Positions 12,271 through 26,106 of a stretch of DNA of 64,000 nucleotides are shown here, piece by piece. Where the stretch lies: contig NC_086097.1 in assembly GCF_963921235.1 (NCBI RefSeq), positions 247,072,001-247,136,000 on the forward strand, read 5' to 3'. A program made the translations under genes and the position numbers. The DNA is from Mobula hypostoma (taxonomy: Eukaryota). Position 1 is the stretch's first letter. Each line of letters begins with the position of its first letter. Under the pieces are notes generated by a model. The model did no database searches and was not told where the DNA came from. It saw only the letters and a list, made by a program, of their open reading frames with translations.

Positions 12271-14329
12271 GAGTCTCTTAAATGTCCATAATGTATCTGC
12301 TTCTACCAGAATCATCAGTGGGGCATCCCAGTGCTCTCTGTGTGCAAAACCCTACCTCTGACATCTCCCCTGTATTTTACTCCAATCACCTTAAAAATAT
12401 GCTCTGGGTTTTAGCTATTTCCATGCTGGGTAAAAGTCTTTGGCTGACCAAAATTTGAAGACCTTTAAATGAGTTATCCGAATTGAAATTTAATTGAGTC
12501 AGATTGGAAGACCTTCGGAAAAGGGAGCCAGAGATGGAGAAGGCGTGATGCAGGAAGCAAAGACTTAGTTTCCTTGAAATGTCAAAAGAACAGTGCTTCC
12601 AGATGGAGAGATTATTAGATCCAGAAGTACTGCATCTGGTTTCGGTGGTCAGAGATGACCAAATAAAATATCGGCTTTAATTTCTTACCTCCAGATTACT
12701 GCAGGCTGCAACAGGAGATGGTGCATAGAATACAGACCACAGAACACAGAGCATAGAACACAGAACATAGAACATAGAACATAGAGGACAGAGCATTGAA
12801 CATAGAACACAGAACATAGGGCGTTGTAGCACAGGTCCTTCGACTCACTACATCATGGTGACCTGCTAACCTACTCTGAACTATCCTCCTTCCCCTCCCC
12901 CTACCTTTTTATTCTGGTGTCTTTCCCCTTCCTGTCCAGCCACGAAGAAGGGTCTCTGCCCAAAATGTTGACTGTTCATTTCTGTTCATGCTGCCTGACC
13001 TGATGAGTTTCTCCACCATTTTGTGTGCATTGCTTTGGATTTCCAGCATCTGCAGACATGCTCATGTTTTCAATCTAACCCTTCCCTCTTACACAATCCT
13101 CCATTTTTCTATCATTCATGTACCCATCCAAGAGTTTCTTAAATGTCCCGAATGTACCTGCCTTTGCCAAACTGCTGGCAGTGCATTCCACACACTCACC
13201 ACTCTCTGTGTAAAAAACCTACCTCTGACATCCCCCTCTATACTTTCCTCCAGTCATCTGAAAATTATACCCCCACATTGAGTGGCTACACATAAGTGGA
13301 TGAAATAGATAGCAGACAAACTATTTTAGATTAGATTAGTTTTATTTGTCGCATGTATATCGAAACATATGATGAAATGTGTCATTTGAGTAATGACCAA
13401 CACAGTCTTAGGATGAGCTGGGGGCAGCCCACAAGTGTTGCCACGTCTCCAGCACCAATGTAGCGTGTCCAAAACCTCACTAACCCTAACCCTAACCCTA
13501 ATCCGTACACCTTTGGAATGTGGGATATTTGCCATAGGCCTCTATGTTAATGTGGGAGGAGACTGAAGCACAGTCTGAGCATGTGCTGGGGGTAGCCCAC
13601 AGAAGGTGATCTCCTTCACTCAGAAGCTCATGAGAGTGTGGAATGAACTGCCAGCTCCCGTGTTGCATGCGAGCTTGATTTCAATATTGAGAGAAATTTG
13701 GATTGGTACATGGAAGGTAGGGATATTTAGAGCTATGGTCCAGGTCCAGATTGATGGGAATGGGCAGTTTAAAAGGTTCCTCATAGACTAGATGAGCCGA
13801 AGGGCCTGTTTCTGCGCTATACTCTATAAATCTAAGTGTTGCCATCCGGCACCAAATTAGCATTCCCAGAACTCAATAACCTTATCCCGTATGTCTTTGG
13901 ACTGTGGGAGCACCCACAGGGAACCCACACGGTCATGGGGAGAAGGCAGAAATTCCTTACAAGCAGCGGCGGGAATAATGAAATGGAAATATAGAGAAGT
14001 CCCATGCCATCATCCAATGACCATGTTTTTGTGGTACAGGTTGATGCATGCACATGGACCAGGATATGGGGAAGAATTCCCATGATCTTCGAAATACTGG
14101 AGTGGCCCTAACAGATTCACTTGAGAGCGTTTTGTGCAGCATCTGTAAACACCTCGAAGAAACAGGACTGGAATTCACAACCTTGGACAAAGTGTCGTTT
14201 GGCAATGAAATGACTCCACCCACCCCAAGAGCTTCCAGCATACCTACAACAGTGGTCAAGATAGCGGACAGATGTCAGAACAACCTTCTGCAGAGTGAAC
14301 CCATGGAAACCAACTGGACTGGATGAAGC

Positions 14330-14750
14330 CTGCACTCAATGAACAATCCACTGTGACCAACATCTTTGAGTGAAGATACCCTGAGGCCCTCTTCATCATA
14401 GCTAGTGACTTCCATAACCAGCCCTAATTCAAGGGTGTGCTGCCAGAATCCTACCAGCGCATCTCCTGTCCCACCAGGGGTCTAAACACACACATTCACT
14501 GCTACACAGCCATTAAAAATGCCTAATGTCCATCCCCCCCCACCCCCACCACACTTTGGTAAGTCAAACCAGCAGGCTATACTCCTTCTCCCTGCGTACA
14601 AACAGAAGCTGAAATAGGAGGGTCCAATTGCAGAAAGCCATACAGTGCTGGTCTGTTGAAATAGATGAGCTTCTCAACTAAGATATAGTCAAGGACTCAG
14701 TTGCCATTCTAAATGTCACTGTCATCAAGCTCTATCAGCGAGAGTGAAGA
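14330..14750 (+). mobile_element. Rex1/Babar endonuclease-region remnant
   Basis: Degenerate YPEALFII..DF...CPTRG...HFGKS...LLLPAYKQKLK. Confidence 0.6.
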
Positions 14751-15189
14751 CACTGGCGCACCGTTTGTTGGTTATGTGCTGTGTCGTAAGACCTAGGATA
14801 TCATCACCATGATTGGTCTTTGCAAGTTTTTCCACAAAAGTGATTTTCCTTTTCCTTTTTCTGGCCAGAGTCTTTACAAGATGGTGACCCCAGCCATTAT
14901 CAATACTCTTCAGAGACTGTCTGCTGCTGTCAGAGGTCGCACAACCAGGACTTGTGATCTGCACCAGGAGAGCTCATATGACCATCCACCACCCGCTCCC
15001 GGGGTTTCACATCACCCTGATCGGGGGGGGGGGCGCGTGGGGGGGAGATAAGCAGTGCACACCTTGCCCAAGGTGACCTGCAGGCTAGTGGAGGGAAGGA
15101 GCACTGGGCACCTCCTTTGGTAGAGATGCATTTTTAAAAACCAGCTGAAATGGAATGGTTTTTAGCTTGGTTTTGTTGATATAGACAGT

Positions 15190-15360
15190 GACAGGTCCTT
15201 CCAGTCCAACAGGCCGGCGACGCCCATGTGACCAATGAGCATACACCTTTGGACTGTGGGAGGAAACCGGAGCACCCGGAGGAAACCTACACAGTCACGG
15301 GAAGAGCGTACAAACTCCTTACAGACCGGTGGAATTGAACCCAAGTCGCTGGTACTGCTA
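15190..15360 (-). mobile_element. HE1/V-SINE-like SINE fragment
   Basis: Reverse complement of the V-domain gtttcctccgggtgctccggtttcctcccacagtccaaag. Related copies at ~13330-13960, 19660-19830, 22650-22900, 30100-30340 and 47625-47950. Confidence 0.75.
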
Positions 15361-16090
15361 TAGGTGACAGATGACACATACTGTTCATAACAGAAACTGT
15401 TCTACATAATTCACAAACACCGTCATTGAGGTGCTGTGTTCTCATTAAGGCACGGTGTCTGACATAATGACGTCAGTGTAAGACGACTGCTTTGGTTTGT
15501 TTGTAATGGAGGTCCAGGGCTGCAGGTTTTGCTAAGCACATAAAAGGACCCTCACATGCTTATTCTCAAAATCCGACCCTGTGATAGTGTCATACTAACC
15601 ACTGTGCTACCATGTCATGGAGAGAAGGCCGGAAACTAGGGTTGGGGAGGAGATAGAAAAGAGGATCGGCCATGATTGAATGGCGGAGTAGACTCGATGG
15701 GCCAAATGGCCAAATTCTGCTCCTATGTCTTATGGTCTTATGTCGCTTTTTATAAAAACCTAACAGTTACAGACAGGTCTAACCAACCTTATAGAGCTTT
15801 TCGTTGCAGTTACCAGGAAAGTTAATGAAGGAAAAGCAGTGGATGTTGTCCACATGGACTTTAGCAAGGCCTTTCACAAGGTCCTGCATGGCAGCTGGTC
15901 AGTGACCCACTTTAAATAACACTGTTGCTCATTGTTGGTTGCCCTTCCCAGTGCTCTGACCTAGTTGCCTAGGCTTCACTTGCAGAGTGATATCACCTCA
16001 ATGTGACTGGTGCTGCAATTGTGCAATGGTGAATCACAAGTGAAGATGCCCTGTTTAGTTCCTGTAATAAAGTAATTAGATTGCGAAATG

Positions 16091-16700
16091 CAGTAGGTTC
16101 CAGTTAATTGAGTCATCGGTTATTCAGGACAGCTGCTTATTTGGGGATACTCTTAAAGAACAAACACGAAATGAGAAAATAGCTGGAATTCCTTTTGTTT
16201 ACTTGGGACACAATGCCAAATAACTGGGACTGGAGACTGTTGCCAACCAGTTTCTAACTAGTGTCAGATGTGTGTGCTTGTGTGGCTGTTAGACACTATT
16301 CTGCACTTAAAGCAATCAGTTTTTTAAATATAAGAAATAGGAGCAGGAGTCGGCCATTTGGCCCATTGAGAGCCTGATCCACCATTCAATAAGATCACGG
16401 CTGATCTGGCCACGGACTCATCTCCACCTACTGTTGGTTACGCGTGTTTCTGTTCAAAAAGCAGTGATTATTGTCACTAATAGTTGGCGAAAGATAAGCC
16501 GCAAGAGAATTCCAAACTGTTTTGCTCACTGTGGTTTTGAGCGTTCAGTTTCAGAGATGCCAGAAATGGCCTCGAGCGAAAATAAAACAATTTCCCGACT
16601 TCAACAAGTTTGAAATTGTGAAGAATTTGAGGGTATCGGCAATCATCTGGAATGTTACAATGAAAATGAAGATTGGGAGGGTGCATTGTATAAAGTCAGT
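16091..16700 (+). mobile_element. Possible pogo/Tigger-like DNA transposon remnant
   Basis: CAGTAG.TTCC.GTTAATTG terminus, with a similar terminus at ~19195-19300. Confidence 0.4.
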
Positions 16701-18076
16701 CCATTAAAATGGCAGTTCCCAGCGTTAGCAAGCTGCATCACTTCAGCTGGTGACGTGACCTGTAGAGCCCTGTCTGGCTGTCTGCTGTACTGGGGCTGGG
16801 AGAGTACCTCGCCATGGGAAGTGACATTCACAGGAAATCACAGTCACAGAAATGAACAGCATAGGCCCACCTCACCTGTGCTGACCCTAATACCCATGGA
16901 CGCTAATCGAATTGTTCATGTTAGGCCTAGAGCCTTGACACCTTTCCTAAACGAGCTATCAGACGCAGAGTTAATTCCACTATCACTGACTTTCATGATG
17001 AGAAATTTGTTTCATGACACCAGTAAAGTTTGAAGACACCAAGTTACTAATAGTTAACATAGTCTATAGAAAACAGAACATAGTACAGGCCCTTCGGCCC
17101 ACGATGTTGTGCTGACCTTTTAACCTACTGCACGATCAATCTAACACTTCCCTCCTACATAGCCCTCCATTTTTCTTTCATCTACGTGTCTGTCTGAGAG
17201 TTTCTTAAATGTTCCTAGTGTATCTGCCTTACCACACCCCCGGCAGCACATTCCACGCACCTTCCAATCTCTGTGTGAAATACTACCTCTGATATCACCC
17301 CCCCCAATACTTACCTCCAATCACCTTAAAATTATGCCCCCCCGGTAACAGCCGTTTCTCCCTGGGATAAAGTGTCTGGCTGTCCACCCAATCTATGCCT
17401 CTTATCATCTTGTATACCTGCAAACAATAACGAGCTGGCCTACAGGGAGGAAGTCATCTCTCTGACACAGTGGTGTCAGGAAAACAACCTCTCCCTCAGT
17501 GTCGCAAAAACAAAGGAGCTGGTTGTGGACTACAGGAAGAATGGAGACGGGCTAACCCCTATTGACTTCAATGGATCTGGGGTTGAGGGCGTAAACAGCT
17601 TCAAGTTCCTCTGCGTACACATCACCGAGGACACCACGTGGTCTGTACACACCAGCTGTGTGGTGAAAAAGGCACCACAGTGCCTCTTTCACATCAGACG
17701 ACTGAGGAAGTTTGGTATGGGCCCCCAAATCCTAAGAACTTTCTACAGGGGCACAATTGAGAGCATCCTGACTGGCTGCATCACTGCCTGGTATGGGAAC
17801 TGTACCTCCCTCAATCACAGGACTCTACAGAGAGTGGTGTGGACAGCCCAGCACATCTGTAGATGTGAACTTCCCATGATTCAGGACACTTACAAGGACA
17901 GGTGTGTAAAAAGGGCCCAAAGGATTATTGGGAACCCGAGTCACCCCCAACCACAAACTGTTACCATCTGGGAAGCGGTACCACAGCATAAAAGCCAGGA
18001 CCAACAGGCTCCGGGACAGCTTCTTCCACCAGGCCATCAGACTGATTAACTCACGCTGATTTGAGTGTACTCTATT

Positions 18077-18843
18077 CAGCGGTCCCCAACCACCGGGCCG
18101 CAAAGCACGTGCTACCGGGCTGCAAGGAAACGATATGATTTGGTGATATGAAACGATATGAGTCAGCTGCACCTTTCCTCATTCACTGTCACGCACTGTA
18201 GAACTTGAACATAGGGTTGCCAATTGTCCCGTATTTGCCGGGACATCCCGTATATTGGGCTAAATTCGTTTGTTCCATATGGGACCGCCTTTGTCCCGTA
18301 TTTCCCCCGCTAAGGTAGAGCGTTCCTATGAAACCTTTTGTGCCGAAATGGAGTGAAGCGAAGAAGCGATTACCATTAATTTATATGGGAAAAATTTTTG
18401 AGCGTTCCCAGACCCAAAAAATAACCTACCAAATCATTCCAAATAACACATAAAACCAAAAATAAATAACACTAACGTATAGTAAAAGCAGGAATTACAT
18501 GATAAATATATAAAGTAGAAATAATGTATGTACAGTATAGTCGGGAAGATGAAGGCAAAAGCGATTTGTGGGGGAAAAATCGGCACGTACACGCATGCGC
18601 ACGCAGGTGCCCGCACAAGGCATCATGGTCATTGTAGTCTCTCCGGGAAATCCCGGGATTTGACTGCTACTTTTGTCCCTTATTTGGGAGTGAGAAAGTT
18701 GGCAACCCTAACTGTAAAAGACATGTTGAGGTGAGTTTAACCCTACTTGGACATCCCCCCCCCCACCCCGCCAGTCGGCTGGTCTGCAAGAATATTGTTA
18801 ATATTAAACCAGTCTGCGGTGCAAAAAAAGTTGGGGACCTCTG
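18077..18843. mobile_element. hAT (Charlie-like) non-autonomous transposon
   Basis: TIRs CAGCGGTCCCCAAC / GTTGGGGACCTCTG. Flanks ctctatt / ctctatat approximate an 8-bp TSD. Confidence 0.75.
18212..18710. mobile_element. hAT (Blackjack-like) element nested in the previous element
   Basis: Perfect 12-bp TIRs TAGGGTTGCCAA / TTGGCAACCCTA, with subterminal tgtccc/ggga repeats. Confidence 0.7.
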
Positions 18844-20574
18844 CTCTATATTACATTGACTGTTCTATTTATTATAAATTATAAATTACTGTGATTGCAC
18901 ATGGCACATTTAGATGGAGATGTAACATAAAGATTTTTACTCCTCATGTATGTGAAGGATGTAAGAAATAAAGTCTATTCAATTCAATCAAGTCACCTCT
19001 CATCCTCCTTCACTCCAAAGACAAAAACCCTCTTTTCTGATGAAGTGTCACGACCCAAAAACATTGACCGTTGATTCCCCTCCATAGATGCTGCTCGACC
19101 TGCTGAGTTCCTCCAGCATCTTATGTGGGTTGCTCCGGATTTTCTGAATCTCTTGTGTCTCTACAAAGTGTGGATACTTGGTTCAGGAATGGAAAGTGGA
19201 TTCTGGCTAATTGGGACACATCGGAACCGGTACATTTTGGCACAAGTAAGTGGCTACCCCAATTAGCGGAAGTTTCATGGAAATAGTTAAAACGGTATAA
19301 AACAGACCCTTTGGATCCAACAAACCCATGTCACTCAATGACATCCATGTGGCCAATTAAACTACTATCCCCACAGTTTTTGAAATGTGGAAGGAAACCC
19401 ACGCAGTTACATGGGGAACATACAGACAGTGGTGGGAATTAAACCCAGGTGTCTGATGCTGGCAGAGCATTACGTTAACCGCGACATGATCCTACCACAC
19501 CCTTCGTATGATGTGTACAGCAGGAAACCTCCGGGTGCTCCGGATTCACCCCACAAAGATCTACCAGTTAGTAGTTTCATTGTTCGCTGTAAATTGTCCC
19601 GTGATTAGGTTCGGGTTGATGGGCGGCAAGTCTCTGCTTTCTTTTATTGTTTTATTTATTTGTGGAACAGTCTCTTCTGGCCCTTTGAGCCGCTCTGGCC
19701 AGCACCCCACGGTTTAACCCTCGCCTGATCAGGGTACTAACCGGGACATCTTTGGACTGTGGGAGGAAACTGGAGTACCTGGAGAAAACGCACGCATTCA
19801 TGGGGAGAACGTACAAACTCCTGAAGACACGGCAGTTCCACACTGTATCTCTAAATAAAGGTGTTCTCCCGTGGTCTTGCACAGAAGTCTTTCGACTATC
19901 CGGCGCGATGCTTCCACAGGTGAAAGAATTTTCAGCCTAGCACATCTGTACATCAGTCATTACTTTCTCAGTGGGACTAGACTGCCCTCTGCTGGACAGA
20001 AACAAACCTTCCTGTTTATCACAAAACATTCATGCACAAGTATAAGATCAGCTTTATTTGTCACATGTGAATCAAAACGTTGAGACATACATGAAAGGCG
20101 TCGTATGCGTTAGTGACCAACACAGACCGAGAATGCACTGGGGGCAGCCTGCAAGGGTCCCTATGTTTTTGGCACTGATGTGGCGTGCCCACAACCTGTA
20201 CGTCTTTAGAAATGCGAGAGGAAACCACAGCACCAAAGGAAACCTTTAGGGTCACAGGGAGAACATGCAAATTCTGAAAATATCTCCTGCTGTCCTGCGC
20301 CCATCAGGGCCCTGAACTGGTGTAGCACTGAGCCTGACTCTGTAGCTGTGGCTCTGCAGACACTGGGGTTTCGGACTGGCTGCAGAACTGAATGGCTCTG
20401 TGGCTGTGGTCTCACTTTCAGTTCACGATCTGTGTATAATTCATTTAATTTTTTTTATCATTTCCATTATTTGTTCTTTTTTTTTTGCACATCAGATGTA
20501 TGTCGGTCTTTGTTGTGTGGGTTATTTTTAATGGGTTCTGTTGTGTCCCTTTGTTTTGTGGCTGCCTGCAAAGA

Positions 20575-21550
20575 GACCATCAGACCATAAGACATTGGAG
20601 CAGAATTAGGCCATATGGCCCATCGAGTCTGCTCCGCCATTTTATCGTGGCTGATCCTATTTCCTTCTCAGCCCCAATCTCCTGCTTTCTTCTGTATCCC
20701 TTCATTCCCAAAGAATCTATCAACTTTTGCCTTAAATATACATGACTTGTCCTCCACATCTGCCTGTAGTAAAGAATTCCACAGATTCACCACTCTCTAG
20801 CTAAAGAAATTCCTCCTCATTTCCATTCTAAAAGGATGCCCCTCCATTTTGAGGCTGTGTCCTCTGGTCTTAGACTCCCCCACCACAGGAAACATCCTCT
20901 CCACGTCCACTCCATCAAAGCTTTTCACCGTTCGATAGGTTTCAATGAGGTCAACCCTCATTCTTCTGAATTCCAGTGAACACAGGCCTAGAGCCATCAA
21001 ACTCTCCTGATATGACAAATCTTTCAATCCTAGAATCATTTTTGTGAACCTTTGAACCCTCTCCAGTTTCAGCATATCCTTTCTAAGGTAAGTGGCCCAG
21101 ACCTGCTCACAATACTCCAAGTGAGGCACCACCAGTGCTCTATAAAGTCTCAACATTACATCTTTGCTTTTTTTATATTTGAGTTCTGTTAAAATGAATG
21201 CCAACCTTCCATTTGCCTTCCTCACCTGCAAACTAACCCTGAGGAATCCTGCACAAGGATCCTTTGCATCTCAGGATTTTGTATTTTCTCTCCATTTAGA
21301 AAATAGTCAAGCCTTTCATTTCTTCTACCATACATTTCCCAACACTGTATTCCATCTGCCATTTCTTTTCCCATTCTCCTAATCTGTCTAAGTCCTTCTG
21401 TAGCCTCTCTACTTTCTCAAAACTACCTGCCCTTCCACCTATCTTCATATCGCCTGCAAACTTTGCAACAAAGCCATCAATTTGCATCATCCAAATCATT
21501 TTATTTCTTCAAATAATTCCACCAGATTTGTCAGGCAAGACTTCCTTTGA
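20575..21550 (-). mobile_element. CR1 LINE 3' fragment
   Basis: KFAGDMKIGG and LYRALVVPHLEYC...MRRNFFS motifs. Confidence 0.85.
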
Positions 21551-23139
21551 GGAATTGAATTGAGTCAATTCAATTCAAAAAGAGCAAAAGGACACTAAGG
21601 GAGTGCCCATGGGTTCATTGTCCATTCAGAAGTTGGATGGCAGAGGGGAAGAAGTTGTTCCTGAATGGTTGAGTGTGTGTCTTCAGGCTCCTGTACCTCC
21701 TTCCTGATGGTAACAATGAGAAGAGGGCATGTCCTGGGTGATGGGGGTCCCTAGTGATGGACACTGCCTTTTTGAGGCATCACTCCTTGAAGGTGTCCAT
21801 AATGCTGGGGAGGCTTAGTACCCGTGATGGTGCTGACTGAGTTCACAACTTTCTGCAGCTTATTTTGATCCTGTGTAGTAGCTCCTACCCCCGCCCCCAT
21901 ACCAGTTAGATGTTCTCCACAGTACATCTGTAGAAAATTTGCAGTGACATACCAAATCTACTCAAACTCCTAATGAAATATAGCTGCAGTCGTAACTGCA
22001 TCGATATGCTGGGCCCAGGATAGATCCTCAGAGATGTGGACACCCAGGAACCTGATTAGGATGTTAACCAGGGAGTTCCCTCACTATTTCTATCAATACA
22101 CCAGGCGTGTATATACAAAATTTATCTGCTGTTTCCCGTTGCTTACACTGAAGGAATTTAGAATGAATGTTTCAGTTAATTTCAATGTTAGTTCATTTAA
22201 TATCAGAGAATGGATACAGTATGCAACCTGAAATTCTTGCTCTTCACAGACATCCACAAAATAAGAAACCCCCCAAAGAATGAATGACAGGACATCAGAT
22301 ACAGCCCCGAAGCCCTCCCTCTCTCCACCCTTCGCAGAAGCTTACTCAAAACCATCAACCCCCTACTCCCCTGTACACTCTGCCGTCAGAAGCACTGACA
22401 CCACCCCCGGCCCCAACATACATGCAACAGCAAAAGCCCCCAAAGAGACCTTGACCCAGAGTCCACCAGCACTACAGTCCATAACCCAGCACTACGGTAT
22501 CTCAGACAGACTCTCTGTCTCCAGCGAGGGAGGGAGAGGTTGCTCCTGGAACAACGAGAGTGGAGGTCAGCAACTCGCTGTTTCGGTGTGTATGTAAGTG
22601 AAGAAACAAGTAGGCAACAGAGATAGACACTTGATTCATGGCAGCATAGTGATTGCCGCAATTGCTTTACGGTGCTAGCAGTCACTGATAGGGGTTTGAG
22701 TCCCACTGCTCTCTGTAAGGAGTTTGTACATCCTCCCTGTGGCCGTGTATGATGTAGGGGTGAGGGTTAGTGAGCTGTCAGCGTACTACGTTAGCATTGG
22801 AAGTGTGGTGACACTTGCGGGCACCCAGCACAATCCCCTCCGATTTGATTTGATGCAAACGATGCATTTCTCTCTACGTTTCCATGTACATGTGACAACT
22901 CAAATACATCTTGGCACGTTGGCCTTCATAAATTAAAGTAATGAGCATGGAAGTTGGGATGTTATGTTGAAGTTTTATAAGACGTTGGTGAGGCCTAATT
23001 TGGAGGTCTGCGGGAAGAAGCTGTTTCCCTGACTACCAGGTTTTGTCCTCACGTTTTCGTACAGTATCATTTCATGGGCCCCACAGCATGTCAGTGATAA
23101 TTTGGAGTGTCACACCCTAAGCACAATTTCAATTGATGG

Positions 23140-24347
23140 AGAGATACACATCGATGAAGGTAGAGCAGTAGATGTAGTGCATATGGATTTCAGCAAGGCA
23201 TTTGATAAGGTACCCCATGCAAGGCTTATTGAGAAAGTAAGGAGGCATGGGATCCAAGGGGACCTTGCTTTGTGTATCCAGAACTGGCTTGCCCACAGAA
23301 GGCAAAGAGTGGTTGTAGATGGGCCATGTTCTGCATGGAGGTCGGTCACCAGTGGTGTGCCACAGGGATCTGTTCTGGGACCCTTACTCTTCGTGATTTT
23401 TATAAATGACCTGGATGAGGGAGTGGAGGGATGGGTTAGTAAGTTTGCTGATGACACAAAGATTGGGGGTGTTGTGGATATTGTAGAGGACTGTCAGAGG
23501 TTACAGTGGGACATCGATAGGATGCAAAACTGGGCTGAGAAGTGGCAGATGGAGTTCAACCCAGATAAGTGTGAAGTGTTTCATTTTGGTAGGTCAAATA
23601 TGATGGTAGAATATAGTATTAAAGGTAAGACTTTTGGCAGTGTGGAGGATCAGAGGGATCTTGGGGTCCGCACTCAAAGCAGCTGTGCAGGTTGACTCTG
23701 TGGTTAAGAAGGCATATGATGCATTGGCCTTCATCAATCATGAGATTGAGTTTAGGAGCCAAGAGGTAATGTTACAGCTATATAGGACCCTGGTCAGACC
23801 CCACTTGGAGTACTGTGCTCAGTTCTGGTCGCCTCACTAAAGGAGGGATGTGGAAACCATAGAAAGGGTGCAGAGGAGATTTACAAGAATGTTGCCTGGA
23901 CTGGGGAGCATGCCTTATGAGAATAGGTTGAGTGAACTCGGCCTTTTCTCCTTGGAGTGATGGAGAATGAGAGGTGACCTGATAGAGGTGTATAAGATGA
24001 TGAGAGGCATTGATCATGTGGATAGTCAGAGGCTTTTTCCTAGGGCTGAAATGGCTAGCACGAGAGGACACAGTTTTAAGATGCCTGGAAATGGGTAAAG
24101 TGGAGATGTCAGGGGTAAGTTTTCAACGCAGAGAGTGGTGAGTGCGTGGAATGGGCTGCTGGCAATGGTGGTGGAGGTGGATACGACAGGGTCTTTTAAG
24201 AGACTCCTGGACAGGTACATGGAGCTTAGAAAAATAGAGGGTTATGGGTAACCATAGGTAACTTCTAAGGTAAGGACATATTTGATACAACTTTGTGGGC
24301 CGAAGGGCCTGTATTGTGCTGTAGGTTTTCTATGTTTCTATGTTTCA
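23140..24347 (+). mobile_element. CR1 LINE 3' fragment
   Basis: MDFSKAFDKVPH...GVPQGSVLGP...KFADDTK, with an (ATGTTTCT)n tail. Confidence 0.9.
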
Positions 24348-25338
24348 ATGCCATATCCAAGTTTGCTGATGACACCACTGTTGTAGGTGGTGATGAATCA
24401 GCATACAGGGGTTAGACTGAGGACCCGACTGAGTGGTGCCTCAACATCTCCTCGTTGTCAGCAAGACCATGGAGCTGATTATTGACTTCAGGAGAAGGAA
24501 ACCGGAGGTCCATGAGCCAGTCCTCATTGGAGGATCAGCGGTAGGGAGGGCCAGCAACCTCAGGTTCCTGGGTTTGTTATCTCGGTGACCTGTCCTGGGT
24601 CCAGCTTGTAATTGCATTTACGAAGGAAGCATGACTGCTCCTCCACCTTCCTAGGAGTTTATGGAGTTTCAGCACGACATCTACAACTTTGACAAACTTC
24701 TCTTGACGCGTGGTGGAGAGTATATTGACTGGCTGCATCACAGCCTGGTATGGAAACACCCATGCCCTTGAATGGAAAATCCTACAAAAAGTAATGGATG
24801 TAGCCCGGCCTGTCACGGGTAAAGTCCTGCTCCCATTGAGCACAGCTTCGTGAAAGCAGCATCCATCATCAGAGACTCCCACTGCCTTGGCCATGCTCTC
24901 TTCTCACTGCTGCCATCAGATAGATGGTACAGAGGCCTCAGGACCTCACCAGCAGGTTCAGGAATAGTTACTACACCTCAACCAAAGGGGATAACCTCAC
25001 TCAACCTCACTTGTCCCATCATTGAAATGTTCCCACAGCCTTTCAAGGAACTCTTCATCTCATATTTATTGCTTATTTATTAATAATATTTCTCTCTTTT
25101 TGTCCTTGGACAATTTGTTGACTTCTGCACTCAGGTTGAATGCCCAAGTTGGGTGGTCTTTCATTGATTCTGCTTTGGGTTCAGTGAGTATGCCCACAAG
25201 GAAAGGAACCTCAAGGTTGTAAATGGTGACATTTATGTAGTTTACTTTGAACTTGTGTTGTCTGTTATGGTATTGTCCTGTGTTTTACGGTTGGCACCGG
25301 ACCACAATTAATTCTGGTTTGTTTCACACACACTAGTG

Positions 25339-25634
25339 TGGGCATGTGGCCAAGTGGTTAAGGCATTCGACTAGCGATCTGAAGGTCGTGAATTCGAGCC
25401 CCAGCCGAGGCAACGTGTTGTGTCCTTGAGCAAGGCACTTAATCTGCGACGACACTGGTGCCAAGCTGTATGGGTCCTAATGCCCTTCCTTTGGACAACA
25501 TTGGTGTCGTGGAGAGGGGAGACTTGCAGCATGGGCAACTGCTGGTCTTCCATACAACCTTGCCCAGGCCTGCGCCCTGGAGAGTGAAGACTTTCCAGGC
25601 ACAGATCCATGGTCTCGCAAGACTAACGGATGCC
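25339..25634 (+). mobile_element. tRNA-derived SINE with an RTE-type 3' tail
   Basis: A box TGGCCAAGTGG (25347-25357), B-box-like GAATTCGAGCC and gtgtccttgagcaaggcacttaa. A second copy lies at 62414-62680 (-). Confidence 0.85.
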
Positions 25635-26106
25635 TTTATTTCACACACAGTCAATAAAGTGATTCACATTCTGGTAAGTTAAGAAGTAGACAGTATGATG
25701 CTGCTGGTGCTTCACACGTGATGGGACCTGGGTGGTGGCAGGAGTTCAGTGGCCTCACGGCCTGCGGGAAGAAGCTGTTTCCCTGACTACCAGGTTTGGT
25801 CCTCACATTGTGGTACAGTATCATTTCATGGGCCCCACAGCATGTCAGTGATAATTAACCTGATTCTGATTATAGTCACAGTGACACAGTGAACGAACCT
25901 GGTGGGTCGTCCAAGAAGGAAGTGATCAGATAGTGGGGGGGGGGGAGGAGGGAGTGTCTGCAGGGAAATTTGAGACACATAATTACCTTAAAATTCATGA
26001 CTGCTGTCAGTGATAATTAACCTGATGCTGACAGAATCATAGAGTCATAGAACCCTACAGCTCAGAAACAGGCCCTTCAGCCCATCTAGACTATGTTAGA
26101 CCTTAG

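Larger units (their letters stand above)
17420..18990 (+). mobile_element. Rex1/Babar 3' fragment with nested hAT insertion
   Basis: WCQENNLSLSVAKTKELVVDYR...FYRGTIESILTGCITAWYG. The 3'UTR ends aataaagtctattcaattcaa. Confidence 0.85.

Noticed and set aside
12725..12820. (AGAACAT/C)n short repeat as a novel satellite
   Set aside because: Best explained as the expanded 3' tail of the adjacent minus-strand CR1-type fragment.
13479..13503. (CCCTAA)n telomeric repeat
   Set aside because: Only about 4 units, expanded from a motif native to the host SINE (compare 47782-47795).
25339..25410. tRNA gene
   Set aside because: The A/B boxes continue into a SINE body and LINE-type tail, with no convincing cloverleaf or terminator.
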